A stretch of 64,000 nucleotides of DNA from Epithemia pelagica (Eukaryota; Protista; Bacillariophyta): assembly GCA_946965045.2 (NCBI GenBank), contig OX337241.1, positions 868,001-932,000 of the forward strand. Direction: 5' to 3'. Each line of letters starts with the position of its first letter. Within the stretch, counting starts at the first letter, position 1. The notes beneath the pieces are model-generated. The model saw only the letters and a program-made list of their open reading frames with translations. It was not told the DNA's origin and did not search any database. Positions 35,593 through 48,058 of this stretch are shown here, piece after piece. Position numbers and translations under genes: made by a program.

Positions 35593-36828
35593 ATGTCGAT
35601 CTTTGTTGTAGTTCTACTTTTGGTCGTATGGATCACACCAGCAGCAGCTTCCACAGGCGATGCTTCTACTACTGCTCCGCCCTCGTTGTTGTGGTTGTCC
35701 CCGGGTCCTTCTCGTTGTGGTTGTGTGGAATCGTTGGGGCAGAATCCAGCCATTTGTGAAAATGAGGAGGAGGAGGACGAAACGGACGTCATTCCATTGC
35801 AATTTGTGTTACGAGGAGGAGCAGCAGATCAGGATGGCCCATTGGCAGACTACAACAACAACAACAAGAACCCATGGGAGGATTCGCGCCAAGACCATTC
35901 AAATGACTGGGACAGTGATCCTCCCAGTGGTATTTTTGATTGGGACGATCGCCAACCAATGCCATGGGATACCAACAACCACCAGGAAGAAGAAGAAGAG
36001 GATACTTTTGGACAAGTGCCACTGACAGCAGACTCATCCTCTTGGTCGTCATCGGTGGATCGACCTCCTCCACCCCAACAACCACCACCACCCCCTCCAC
36101 GACCGCAACTGGGTGGTGCTGCTGGTTCTTCCACCAATCCGCACGCTGACAATGCCAATGACGATCCGTGGAACAATGCCTCTGATCCAAACGATCTCGA
36201 TGACGATAAGCAGGACAACGAAAATGATACTGACGACGACGACTGGATGGGTGCACGTCCATCGCGTCCACGACAACAACAACCACAACGCCCCCCCTAT
36301 CCTCAATCGCCACCATCACGAGGCAGCTCCTATCAAAGCAGCACTGGAACCAACAACAAGAGGAACGAAAAGCCGATTGCCTATTCCTTTCGGAGCAAGC
36401 AACAAACAATAAACCAACCACCCAAGAAAAAATCGTCTTGGTTTGGATGGAAATCCTCCCCAGCATCCGTGGACAACAAGAATAACAACAAGAACATGAA
36501 GGAGGAGGACGAACCGAATGGTCGACAAATCAGCAGACCCCAACGACGACCAACCCAAGAGAAGGACGACGACGATTGGTTTGATACTCGAGGCACGGAG
36601 GATAACAGGACTGGACGAACCAATCGGAATCCATCGGAACCAGGAGCTCGACCGTGGGTCGATTCCTCCGTGGGCACCCTGGAACCTCGTGGACGACCAC
36701 GGCGTGATGGACCTCGAGAGGACCGCTCTTCCCGAATTCCATCCTCGTCCGAAACGGAGAGTTCTTTGGGGCTGGTCCGAGTTCCACCACAGCCAAAGAC
36801 CCATTGTCATTGTTGCTACGATGGATGA
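35593..36828 (+). CDS. Truncated/chimeric gene Y copy 2 (~411 aa)
   Basis: Near-identical to 26372..27607, with the same junction. Confidence 0.55.
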   Translation: MSIFVVVLLLVVWITPAAASTGDASTTAPPSLLWLSPGPSRCGCVESLGQNPAICENEEEEDETDVIPLQFVLRGGAADQDGPLADYNNNNKNPWEDSRQDHSNDWDSDPPSGIFDWDDRQPMPWDTNNHQEEEEEDTFGQVPLTADSSSWSSSVDRPPPPQQPPPPPPRPQLGGAAGSSTNPHADNANDDPWNNASDPNDLDDDKQDNENDTDDDDWMGARPSRPRQQQPQRPPYPQSPPSRGSSYQSSTGTNNKRNEKPIAYSFRSKQQTINQPPKKKSSWFGWKSSPASVDNKNNNKNMKEEDEPNGRQISRPQRRPTQEKDDDDWFDTRGTEDNRTGRTNRNPSEPGARPWVDSSVGTLEPRGRPRRDGPREDRSSRIPSSSETESSLGLVRVPPQPKTHCHCCYDG

Positions 36829-36886
36829 ATGGAACCCGTTCATGCTGGTAGGAGGACGAATCGGAATAGGTAGCTCCAGCACCCAT
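36764..36886 (-). pseudogene. Family X MGAGAT-type exon-1 remnant (unit 3)
   Basis: Same sequence as 27543-27665. Confidence 0.8.
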
Positions 36887-37358
36887 GATGACGATGATTG
36901 CACTTTATGAACTGCCCAGAATGGCACATCCAGAATGGCACATGACGCACCGTCTCCATATCGCGAAGTCCTCTAATCATGATTTTTTCCCAAGATCGTA
37001 CAAGTAACAACACCATGGATTCCTTAGTATCTTTTTTGAAAAAGATACGATCCCGCGAAAAAAGAGACGTAGCTATCGAACTAAGTCAGGAGCGGGACTG
37101 CGCTAAGCGACAATGCTGATGCTATCCACTCACACCATAGATAGGAGCAGGACCTCTGTCCCGTACTCCATTCGTGGCAACGCCTGGCGACAACTGATGT
37201 CTCTCATTTTTACTCAATTGCTGACATAGAGCTGGCCCCGTGACTTATTCAAAAGCATCCAATTTAAGTTTTGCTTCATCCCTACGCCCTCAAACCTTTA
37301 GATAATGTCACTTGAATCACATGCATTTATATATACCCTCCTAAATCTTCAATGTTCC

Positions 37359-39492
37359 TTACGGCTTGCACAAGGATGGATCTTTTCCCGTGTAAAAGCA
37401 TTCCCATTCATCCCACCAATCGGCTGTGGTAATGATACGCGTATTGCCCTGATCGACTTCCAACAGCATGTGAATCCAAACACCAAATTCATTAATGCCA
37501 AAGTAGTGGGTATCGTTTCCATAATCATTGCGCAAATAGGTTCCACCACAGGGCGCACCACGGTTCGATACGGCAATAAGGTCAGCACTCAGCATGAGCT
37601 TTTCCACAACGGTTTCACCTGGTTCGGCGAGTCGAATGTCTTCCCACTTTTGTTTCCAGTCATCGTCCACCACGTATTTCGAGTCACAGGTATCGTCAAT
37701 GGGACGGGCAAACACAGTCAAGTCCGGCTCGAGGAAAACGTTCTGACGAAGCGCTTTCGATGCCTCATACAAGGTCTCTTCTTTATTGCTCCGCAACGAC
37801 GGGTTGCTCAGTTTTGCCTCGGCACCTTCCACCGAATCTTCGCTCCCGACGGGCCACCCCGGTTTTGGGTTCTGTAACGAGAGATATCGATCGAAGCGGC
37901 CGTCGACCTCCTTCGACACGGCATAATCATCACCACTTGCCAACCGACTCATCCAAATACCCGATGGCTTGGTATTGTCCGTTTGATGTTCGACATCGGT
38001 GTAACCGCGGAACTGCTGATAAGCACGGTAGTAAAATTGAAGGACTTGGCTCTCCTCATCATAGTGCACCGTGGTATAGCCACCATTCAAGCCCAGGTAA
38101 TACATGGGACTAGTGGCCATTTCACCCGAAACCATGGTCAAGGGTTTGTCCACAGGAAGGATAATATGAGTGTCTGTATATCCCACTCCCGTTCCATTCT
38201 CAAAATGGCGACAACTGTTTTCGGATTTGCGAATGGACCGAGTCTCCATAAAGGTTGCATTCTTCGATAATGCAATCGCTTCCATAGCATGTTGGCGATG
38301 ATGGACCCAACCTTCGGTCGTCTCGGGGTCCAGGGCAAGTTGAACTTCCGGATCGGCACTGTAGCGACGAATCTGCCACAAGTGGGCCTTGTCAATGCCG
38401 GCGTCGACTTGCATTGACACAATGTCCGTGAGAGCCCATACGACCGAAAGAAAATCCATGCGGCCGGCAAAGTTTCCCAAATCAAAGTCCTCTCCAGATT
38501 GCAAGGTTTCCTCGTTGTACTGGCGAATGTACTCTCCGCGAGCCGTGCTATATTCACTTGTATAGGTGATTGCATGAATCTTTTCGGCCGCACCTGCCAT
38601 GGGCTTGTCGGTGACTTGCGATACAGCGTTGGGAAGAAAGACGGACGTGATAATTCCTGTTTCGCTCTCATTGTACATTTTGTAAGTACGAGAATAGCCT
38701 GAAATCATTTGAATGTGCAACGGCAGTAGGACATGAGTGCCATTGTACTCAACCTTGGAGGCCACATCCGGTACGGGTTGTTCCTTCAAGTCAAAGTACA
38801 ACACTTGTTCCATCACTGGCTCTTCACCTTCGATAACTGTGCGCTTAATATCGACTTGAGCCAATTCTGATTCGAATTCGGTCGGGACCCAAATAGGATA
38901 ACCGGAGGCCGGAATCTGGCTAGATACGCCGTTCTTGTAAGCAGTGCAAGTATGCTTCTTTTTAAAGCAAAAGGGGGTTCCATAGGTACCTGGTGCTGGT
39001 GGCTGTTCCATCTGGGTCGAACAATCCAGATCCGTGCAACATTGTCGGCAACGCTTCTTGCAACAAATATTGGACTTGCATTGACCGTCCGCAAGACAGA
39101 TCCAGCCATCCGGTAGCCAACCAGTCAATGAATCATCTGAGGGTGCGATGAGTCCAATCATGTTGGCCGGACCAACCGTCTGTGAGTGTGTTTCATGCAA
39201 GACCAGAAAAGGGTAAGGGAATACGTGTTTAAAGCCTTTTCCACACACTAGGGCATTTCTCTCCTCAAGAAGACAAGCAGGTATTAGTCCGTGTGGCACA
39301 TACAGTCATTCCCAACAAGACAAATCCAACCAACAACGTAGCTCCTCCGGCCAGGATCATCCACCCACGTTTCTTCTGCGGTGGTCCGAGCTCCACAACA
39401 GCCGCTGAGCCATCGTCGTTGTCATGGTGGATCAAGGGCACCCGCTCATGCTGATACGAGGATGAATCGGAATAGTTTGCTCCAGTACCCAT
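37359..39492 (-). CDS. Family X copy D (intact, ~669 aa)
   Basis: Exon 1 39304-39492, intron 39180-39303. Near-identical to copy C. Confidence 0.85.
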
Positions 39493-40134
39493 GATGATGA
39501 TGAGGATTGGATTTTATGGACCGTGCTTGATGATTTGATGCACTTTCCATATCTTGTTGACATCTAATCACGACTTTTGCAAAAAAGATCTCGTACATGT
39601 CGCACTGCAACGTGGATTCCTGTTCTGACCTTGAGGAGAATCTTAGGAAAAAGATACTCCTAACTCGCATAGACTTTTGATTCTTTTGGGCACGGCTGAG
39701 TCAGGAGTGGGACTGTGCTACCCATCACTCCTTCAATGAAACACGCCGGAGGACTCGACGTGCTGCCCAAAGGTAACTATAGAGAATGATCGGTTCATAT
39801 TTTGACTGACTTGTGGGAATTCTTGTTCATGCGCTTGTACCTCATGCGCTTGTACCTCTCATGTGTGCAAACCGTACGTCGCAGTCTCCTCCTTTCGAGA
39901 AGAAAAGTCGAGAAAGCGGCGAGGAACTCCCCGCGAGAGGACAAGTCGAGAAAGGGGGAGTTCCCAGGAATTCACTTCGCAGACTGCAGATTACCAACGA
40001 AATTGTGATTCTTTCCAGTCCCGTGTGCTTTCTCCTAGTCACTAGGAGAGAGGCGGGCATCTTCAACCGGTAGTCACAACTAAAATACTTCAAGTTAACG
40101 AGGGATACGTTCCCATGTAGGACTTGTGTTGTGT

Positions 40135-43100
40135 CTACTTCAAAAATGCCAAGGAATCCAAAAGCCCAACCAAGCCATGTAACTGTCGATACATCTTTCT
40201 TGTTTGATATCCTCGAACAATGCGTTGGACTTGAGCGGCCTTGACTCCAATTTGTTTTAACCGTTGTGTCTCGAGATATTCCAATGCCCCTGCACGGAAA
40301 TACGTCAATGTCTTTCCCATGACATAGGCCTTGACCACTTTTCCATTACCTTTTTTGCTGCGAGGAGGCTTTTCGAGCTCTTTCAACGCCTTGTTCAACA
40401 AGGCATCGACCGCGATTTTATTCACAGAATCCTGTGTACTTTGTCCCTTGGGTGGACGACTGTTGTTAGTGGTACCATCCTGTTTCAGACTGCCCCGTGG
40501 CCGGTGACTCGGTCCTTCTCCCAGTGCCTTGAACCGATCCAAGACAGCCTGGTGGGGGAGTCGATTGGGAAAGGTGGATCGTGACATGGTGACAGCACCC
40601 ACCACTCCCACACATTTCAGTTGTTCCAAGGTCAATTTGTGTTGCATCAACAGCGGTTCTTTCGAGGAATTCGGTTTGATGCAACGAATATAGCGGGTTC
40701 GCGTCCGGCTCAACGTGTCCATCAAATCCGACAATTGAATCTTGAATTTGGTCCACACTGTTTGTTGTACCAGGTTCGATTGACGGCTCTGTTCGGACGC
40801 CAACAAGGGTTTTCGCTTGGTTGCCACTGGAGCAGCCGCCGCCGGATGCATTTCGGGACGCGCTTGTTCGGGATCGTCCGGGGGAGTTGTCGTCGTCACA
40901 TCAATGTCCTTGGGGGGTGCCACTAGTTTGACAATTTCATTGGAGGATGCTCGGGCACAGTCTTGGAGGGCCGTGGGCAACAAATCCTTGTTTTTGGCAA
41001 TGAATCCTTCAGATGTATAAAGGACTTGATGAGCATAATGATCAATGGCAAATTCCGTCGGACCAAAGCGTTTGTCCTTGATCAGGCCGTTCTTAGTGGA
41101 GTTGCCCTTTGCATGAAGATTGACAATCTTGGTGACAAAGGCTGCATCGCTTCCACCAGGACGAAGGCACTCTTCATTCAAGACGGACAACAAACCCATT
41201 TTGCCTTCAATCAAATCCAACACGGTGGAATTGTCGGGCCAGGCAATTTGATCCAATTCAATACCTTCCGCCTTGTATTCTTGTTGAATGGAAACAAAGA
41301 CATCTTGTGCAAATCGTCTTTGCAGTTTTTCATTGGCATAGTTGAAACACAATTGTTCAAACCGATTGGTATCAAAGGATTCAAATCCAGTGATATCCAA
41401 CAATCCAATCACACCACGGTCCGAGGCATTTGCGTTCTTTTTGCCGTCGTCCCCGACGGATGGTGGCGGTGCTTGTGTCGCTTGGTTAATCTTGTCCACC
41501 AACCACGAAAAGGTTTGTGCATAAATTTCCTTGGCCAAGGCATTGCAAGCATCCCTGGCTTGTGTGGCAGTCAGGGGTACGATAAATTCTTCATTTCGTG
41601 CCTTCATGGTACGAAACAAGAGGGCGGATTCCAAGGCATTGCTCGTTTTGTCATGGTCGGTGGTGTCCAATCCCATGAACCGTGTCAATTCGTGCAAGTC
41701 TTGTTGATTGGTAATACGACACGCATTCTGGTCCTGGGTGGTTGACGGGGTTTCATCTTGTTCCGCAAATACAAGGTTGCCCAATTGCAAGACAATGCAC
41801 AAGGCCCGAAACAGAGTGGTACGTTGAGGACCGGTAATGCCCATGACCGTCAAGGCATGTACCGTATTGGCAAAGTGTTGTCGATCTGTGAGTCCTTCAA
41901 TCGTATCCGAGGGGGACCAGGCAGCCGCAGATCCACCCAAGTAACAAAAGGAGTCGGGTGTCAACTCCAACAAGCGAGGCCAAACCTCTCGTTTCACTGC
42001 ATTCAATTCCCGTTCCGTGGGACGACGATGACGAGTCGTGGTGGTGGTGTCGGTTTGGTTGTCTTTAGGCATAGTTGTCAAAGAGGGTGGGGGTGGTGCA
42101 GATGTACGAGCGGTGGTCGTCGTTGTGGGGGTGAATGGAGCTGTCGCACTCGTTTGTGCCGGTGCCAAGAGTTGATAAAAAATGTGAAAATTCCGTTCGG
42201 GTTCGACGCGTGTCGTCGTTGTTCCCTGGTGTTTTGTTCCCGCACGGCTCCTGCGACCACGACTGTCCGATGACGACGACTGTGATTGTGATTGTTGCAC
42301 AATGCGTGATTTTTCCAACATGTACACGTGACAGAGACTGCCCACCAAGGTACAGGAGGGAATGCGATGACCGACATGAACGGATTGGACCGGTGGTCCC
42401 ACATCAAATTGCAATTGTGTGTATTTGCCAAACCGCGACGAGTTGTCATTGCGAGCGGTTTGCGCATTTCCAAAGGCTTCCAACAAGGGATTGGAATCCA
42501 AAATACGTTGTTGATGCACGCGTCGTGTGGCGTCGTCGTCGTCGGTCGTATTCTTGTTGTGGATCAAAGAAGAAGATTCCCCATTGTTCCTAGCGTGTCC
42601 TGGTTGTTCTTGTTTTTTTGGGGAGGTCCACCACTTGCGGGTGTGAGCTGTCGTTGTCGTCGTCGTGTGTGGGACAGTTGGTGGTGGTGCCACCAAGGAG
42701 GCAATGTGTTGCATACAAATCTTGACCGATTGGGTCTTGCCGGCACCGGATTCTCCCGACACCAAAATGGCTTGATCTTGTCGTTGGGTGGCCAATCCAT
42801 GATAGGCCCGCGCCGAAACTTCATAAATGTGCGGTTCCATTCGCCGGTTCGTCGGTTCGTCGTCATTGTCGTCGTCGTCGTTGTTATTGTGAGGATCCGT
42901 AGTCGTACTAGTGTGGGTGGTGACCGTCGTCCCCTGATTCTTGTCGTTCTTTTTTGTATTGTTGCCATGGTTGCTGGACCAAATCCAGGCTTGGGCATAG
43001 GCGTGTTGTGTGTCGTGCGAATACAATCCGTCAATCCAGACAAAGGGGTTGCAGGCAATGAGAATGTCTCCCGTGTTGGTATAGGGTTTCGACTGTCGAT

Positions 43101-44113
43101 ACCGGGCCTTGACATTGTACAAAATGGCCGCCTAGGTAATAACAGAGGTAGTAGAGGATCGGTAGAGCAAGAGTGGTGGTGTGTGTTCCACAACACCCAA
43201 CCACAGCATAGTAGGAGTGTTGTTGTGGTGGGTCGTGGCCCAAACGCAAGAGAATCATCATGATCATGATCATCATATATCATCCAATGAGATGAAAGAA
43301 ACACCACGACAGCCACCACAAACGACCAACCAAACCAAACGAAAAAAGACCAACAAAATCAAAAGAAACCAAGGACACGCACAGAATGAGTGAAACCACA
43401 CACCAACTCCATGTCGTCTCACACACAAACGCGCGGGTCCGCATCGTGGTGTGCCAGTGGCCCTACAACTCGGTACGTACTTCATGCAAAAAGGGCAAAT
43501 CCACCATATCGGGAACCACTTTTAATTGTCCTTGGGCATTGACATTTTGCAACAACCACGACGGTTGGTGATTGTGATGGTGGTTGCTGTGAGAAGGATG
43601 ATGCAAGGGAAGGGTTTGTAATTCATGGGACACGGCCGATTGTCCTCCATCCGATTGAATGTCGGCTTCACTGGCATAGTGGGGCACCGATACTTGGACC
43701 AATTGTGGTTGTGGTTGTGCCACTGGTGGACTTGTCGTGGAAGGAGGAGTGGCCTTGGGTTTGGAACCACCAACCGTTTTTTTGCTCTTCCTTGTCTTTT
43801 TGTTCGAAGTACTGGTCGTCGTGGTGGTCGTTGTATTGGTCGTTGTGGTCGTTGTACTGGGCAAGATTTCGACGACCCGGGCCGGAATCCATCCATAGTC
43901 GTGAGAGGGAATGTAGACATATTTGGACGTGCCGGCCACGGCGGCCGTGGCTTCGGATACCGACGAGGAGACGGACAAGTCTCCCAGACTGGATTGCGAG
44001 AGCAGCAAGGACGACGACCGACCACCCTGGCGCGACGACGAGGAGGACACGGACAAGGCGGCCGAAGGACGACGATTCGGATTACTACTTGCCCAGGAAG
44101 GACGACGACTCAT
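40135..44113 (-). CDS. Tail-less myosin copy 3 (intact, ~1209 aa)
   Basis: Exon 1 43481-44113, intron 43132-43480, exon 2 40135-43131. Same motifs and same early stop as copy 2. Confidence 0.88.
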
Positions 44114-44140
44114 CTCGTCTCGTTGGGTGAATATAGAAAC

Positions 44141-44190
<50 letters not shown>

Positions 44191-44738
44191 GGTGCCAAAC
44201 GCAGAGAGAGATGGAGAGAGTGTGAAACAACAAACGACAATAGATATGATGCCACTGTCTACTCGTGTTGTTGCTCTAGAGTGGCAATCAACGATATTAT
44301 CTCTATTGGCGCCGACGACAACAAGAGAAGATGTGGATCTGATGCCATAAAAAGATCGTCGGGCCCCAAAATTGGCTTTTTCCTGACGTGTAACGTCGTG
44401 GTCGTGAGCGTGGATGTCTCCATCTTCTGTTGGGTCATTTTCGCACTCTTGGGGGAAAGTCCCTTGCACGATTTCGTTCCGGACTGGCGGGCGTGCCAAT
44501 CCGGGTTTCTTCGGTCGCCCATATGCGGGTGATGGTCAGACCAGTATCACGTGGGTCGCACATTCATTCTCGTGATGGCTCACCCTACACGTGTCTTGTC
44601 GTCACAAACGACGGCCCCAACGACCATGAGAGGATGATAAGGACGAGGACGACGACGCCGTGGTATTCCATCCTACCGTCCGTTCCAAACCATTCTCCTC
44701 CTGCCATCAGATCGAGAAGAGTAGTTGTATTCCCAAGA

Positions 44739-46686
44739 ATGATGTGGCTCTTTGTTGTAGTTCTACTTTTGGTCGTATCGATCACACCAGCAGCAGCTTC
44801 CACAGGAGGTGCTGCTACTACTGCTCCGTCCTTGTTGTTGTCCCCGTTTCGTTCTTGTGGTTATGAGGAGGAAGAGAACAAGAAAGACGTCATTCCATTG
44901 CAATTTGTGTTACGAGGAGGAGCAGCAGATCAGGATGGCCCATTGGCAGACTACAACAACAACAAGAAGAACCCATGGGAGGATTCGCGCCAAGACCATT
45001 CAAATGACTGGGACAGTGATCCTCCCAGTGGTATTTTTGATTGGGACGATCGTCAACCCATGCCATGGGATACCAACCACAACCAGGAAGAAGAAGAAGA
45101 GGATACTTTTGGACAAGTGCCACTGACAGCAGACTCATCCTCTTGGTCGTCATCGTTGGATCGACCTCCTCCACCCCAACAACCACCACCACCACCTCCT
45201 CCACGACCGCAACTGGGTGATGCTGCTGGGTCTTCCACCAATCCGGACGCTGACAATGCCAATGACGATCCGTGGAACACTGTCTCTGATCCAAACGATC
45301 TCGACAATGACAAGGAGGAGGACAAGGAAAATGATGATAATGACGATGACGACTGGAGGGGTACACGTTCACAGCAACCACCACGACAACGCCCCTATCC
45401 TCAATCGCCAGCATCACGAGGCAACTCCTATCAAAGTAGCACTGGAACCAACAACAACAATAAAAACGAAAAGCCAATTGCCTATTCCTTTCGGAGCAAG
45501 CAACAAATCAGAAACCAACCATCCAAGAAAAAATCGTCTTGGTTTGGATGGAGATCGTCCCCAGCATCCGTGGACAACAAGAATAACAACAAGAACATGG
45601 AAGAGGAGGACGACGAACCGAATGGTCGACGAATCAGTAGACCCCAACGACGACCAACCCAAGAGAAGGACGACGACGATTGGTTTGATACTCGAGGCAC
45701 GGAAAATGCCAGGCCTGGACGAACCAATCGTAATCCATCGGAACCAGGAGCTCGGCCCTGGGTCGATTCCTCTGTGGGCACCCTGGACCCTGGTCGTCCA
45801 CGACCTCGGCGTGATGGACCTCGAGACGACCGCTCTTCCCGAATTCCGTCCTCGTCCGAAACGGAGAGTTTGTACTATGCCCACACCTCCCCCTCGCGTC
45901 GCGATCCCGTGGCACGCTACATGCGTCGTTCGTGGCGGCATCGGTATACCGTCCATGCCTGGGCCACCGTCGTGGGGGCCGGCCTTGGTGCCTACCTGGG
46001 TCAATCGCTCGTACCGTCGCAGTGGCAAACCATGGCACTCGTGCTGGGTCTGACCTGCGGTCTGACCAGTGCCTGGACCAAGAGTGGCAATCCCTACGGA
46101 GAATGGACCCGTGCCGCTGGCTTGGCCTGTTGGTGGACCCTGCAACGCAGTCGACGCATTCGACGCGTCGACTATCCCACGGCACCCTATCTGGCTGCGC
46201 TCCTCGGGATGCGACCCCGACTAGTCTTTCCGCCCCATACCGACAATCCGTGGAGATATCGTCCCCCCAATCATGACGACGACGACAATGACGACGACGA
46301 AACGGCTCGCGCCGTGGCCTTTGACATGACGTCGGCCGTGGCGTGTTTGGCCTTGGTGGGCAGTATGGTGGGTGGTTCCGTGGCGGCCGCGACACCCCTG
46401 TTACCCTCGTGGATGGGTGCCTTGGCGGGAGCGGCCAGTTTGGCCCTCTTGACGACGCGTCGCGATGCCCGGGGCGACTTGTGTCGTGTCGCCGGGATGC
46501 GAGTTCGACAAACCTTGGGCACGGCGTATACCGTGAGTACGCAAGAACTCGCCCTGCCCCACTACACCGGTCTTGTCGCCCGGCAAGTACTCGACAAGTT
46601 GCTCATTTTGGATCGACAACACAAACTGGCCGATCGACTCTCGGCCGTGGTCAGTCGCGTCATTCGGTTTCTCCAACAATTGTTGC

Positions 46687-46745
<59 letters not shown>

Positions 46746-47204
46746 GATGGAGGAGAAGGACCAGCCGAAGGACGACGGCGGCGGCGACCACGACGACGAG
46801 AGGACAATGAGTATGACGACAATGACGATGATTACGAACCAAATCCAGGACCTAGAAAACGACCACCATCCGACGACAGGGATCCTCGAAGACGACCACG
46901 ACAATCGCTCATGGAGGAAAATGACAATGGTCGTCCACGACCACGTCGACCACCACCGGCATGGGACAGGGACGACGATTTCAATGAGAGAGAGTTTTCC
47001 GAGTCGGATCGTCGTCGTCGTCGACCACCACCTCGACAAGAACAACGACGACGGCCATATGACTCGGAGGAAGTGCCTCGGGTCCGAATCGAAGACAGGG
47101 AGGATCCAGAAGGGGAAGAAGTGGAGGCCCCGCAAGACGAAAACGTAGACACTTCGGAGCGACCAAGACGGCCACCTCCTTCAGCGTCCAACCGTTGGTC
47201 GTAG
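44739..47204 (+). CDS. Gene Y, full length (~821 aa): signal peptide, LRGG motif, acidic/Pro-rich N-terminus, central Gly/Ala-rich hydrophobic helices, polyQ, Arg/Asp-rich tail; function unknown
   Basis: Long ORF 44430..47204. The start is chosen at MMWLFVVVLLLVVSITPAAA. Hydrophobic segments such as WATVVGAGLGAYLG and AVACLALVGSMVGG. Confidence 0.8.
46686..46745 (+). repeat. (CAA)20 microsatellite encoding polyQ
   Basis: Read directly from the sequence. Confidence 0.95.
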
Positions 47205-47534
47205 TCAGTGCCTCTCGTTTGGGTAACGTAGTATTCACCAATACATCGCTACAACGTGTAAATCGAGACTGAACTCGATACTCTACTGAAAGTGTTTTCT
47301 AACTAAGTTCTCCAACATGTTTTGTCTTGTTGTTGATTCCACGTATATTCATTATGGCAAATTGCGAATGATTCGGAAAAGGCCATTGAACGTAAACCCT
47401 TAGACTGGAGTAATAAAATGTTTCAATAGTAGTTTTGGATACTGTACACATGCAATTAAAACCGAGAAATGTTCATCCAACACGTTACTTCCTCATTGTG
47501 TCCATGTTTTCCATCCTCGGTTCGAAATTGGCGC

Positions 47535-48058
47535 CTAATCAAATTTTCCCAAAATATCTCCTTCTCGAAACAAAAAGACTTCGTCGTCATCAATTTTGAC
47601 CTTGGTACCACCATACTCCGGCAACAAGACGAGATCACCCTTTTTCAACGTGGGAGCATGCAAATTGCCCGTCACATCGCGTTCTCCTGGTCCCACTGCA
47701 ATCACAGTCCCTTCATTGGGATCCTTGGTCTTATCGGTGGGCAAGTAAATACCCGACGCCGTTTGGACTTCTTTCGGTGCCCGTTTTACCAAAACGCGAT
47801 CGCCCAAAGGAGCCAAACTACGAAACAAGGCCTGTTGAAGAAATCATACAGACAGCACCAGCTTCAGTGAGACGGCAAAGCAAAGCAAAGCGAACCACGA
47901 GACACAAAGATCCAAAAGATACACTCGCAATCAATGGCCTGATGATGAAACAGTCTCGATTCCAAAACGACCCTGATCCTCTATGCCCTCTCTATCGTTG
48001 AAAACCCTACAGAATGAACATTCAAAGGCAATGGCAGACTTACGCGTGTTCTAAACAT
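47535..48058 (-). CDS. CPN10: 10-kDa chaperonin (GroES/Cpn10), probably mitochondrial, 103 aa, two exons
   Basis: PLGDRVLVKR, TASGIYLP, AVGPG, GDLVLLPEYGGT, FREGDILG. Exon 1 ATGTTTAGAACACGC (48044-48058), GTAAGT...CAG intron 47832-48043. Confidence 0.93.

Larger units (their letters stand above)
18364..45870. repeat. Tandem triplication of a ~9.2-kb segment (units 18364-27542, 27543-36763, 36764-45870)
   Basis: The same gene order (X exon-1 piece, X gene, myosin, gene Y 5' part) occurs three times. The junction GAAACGGAGAGTT|CTTTGGGGCTGG is identical at 27542 and 36763. Confidence 0.95.
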
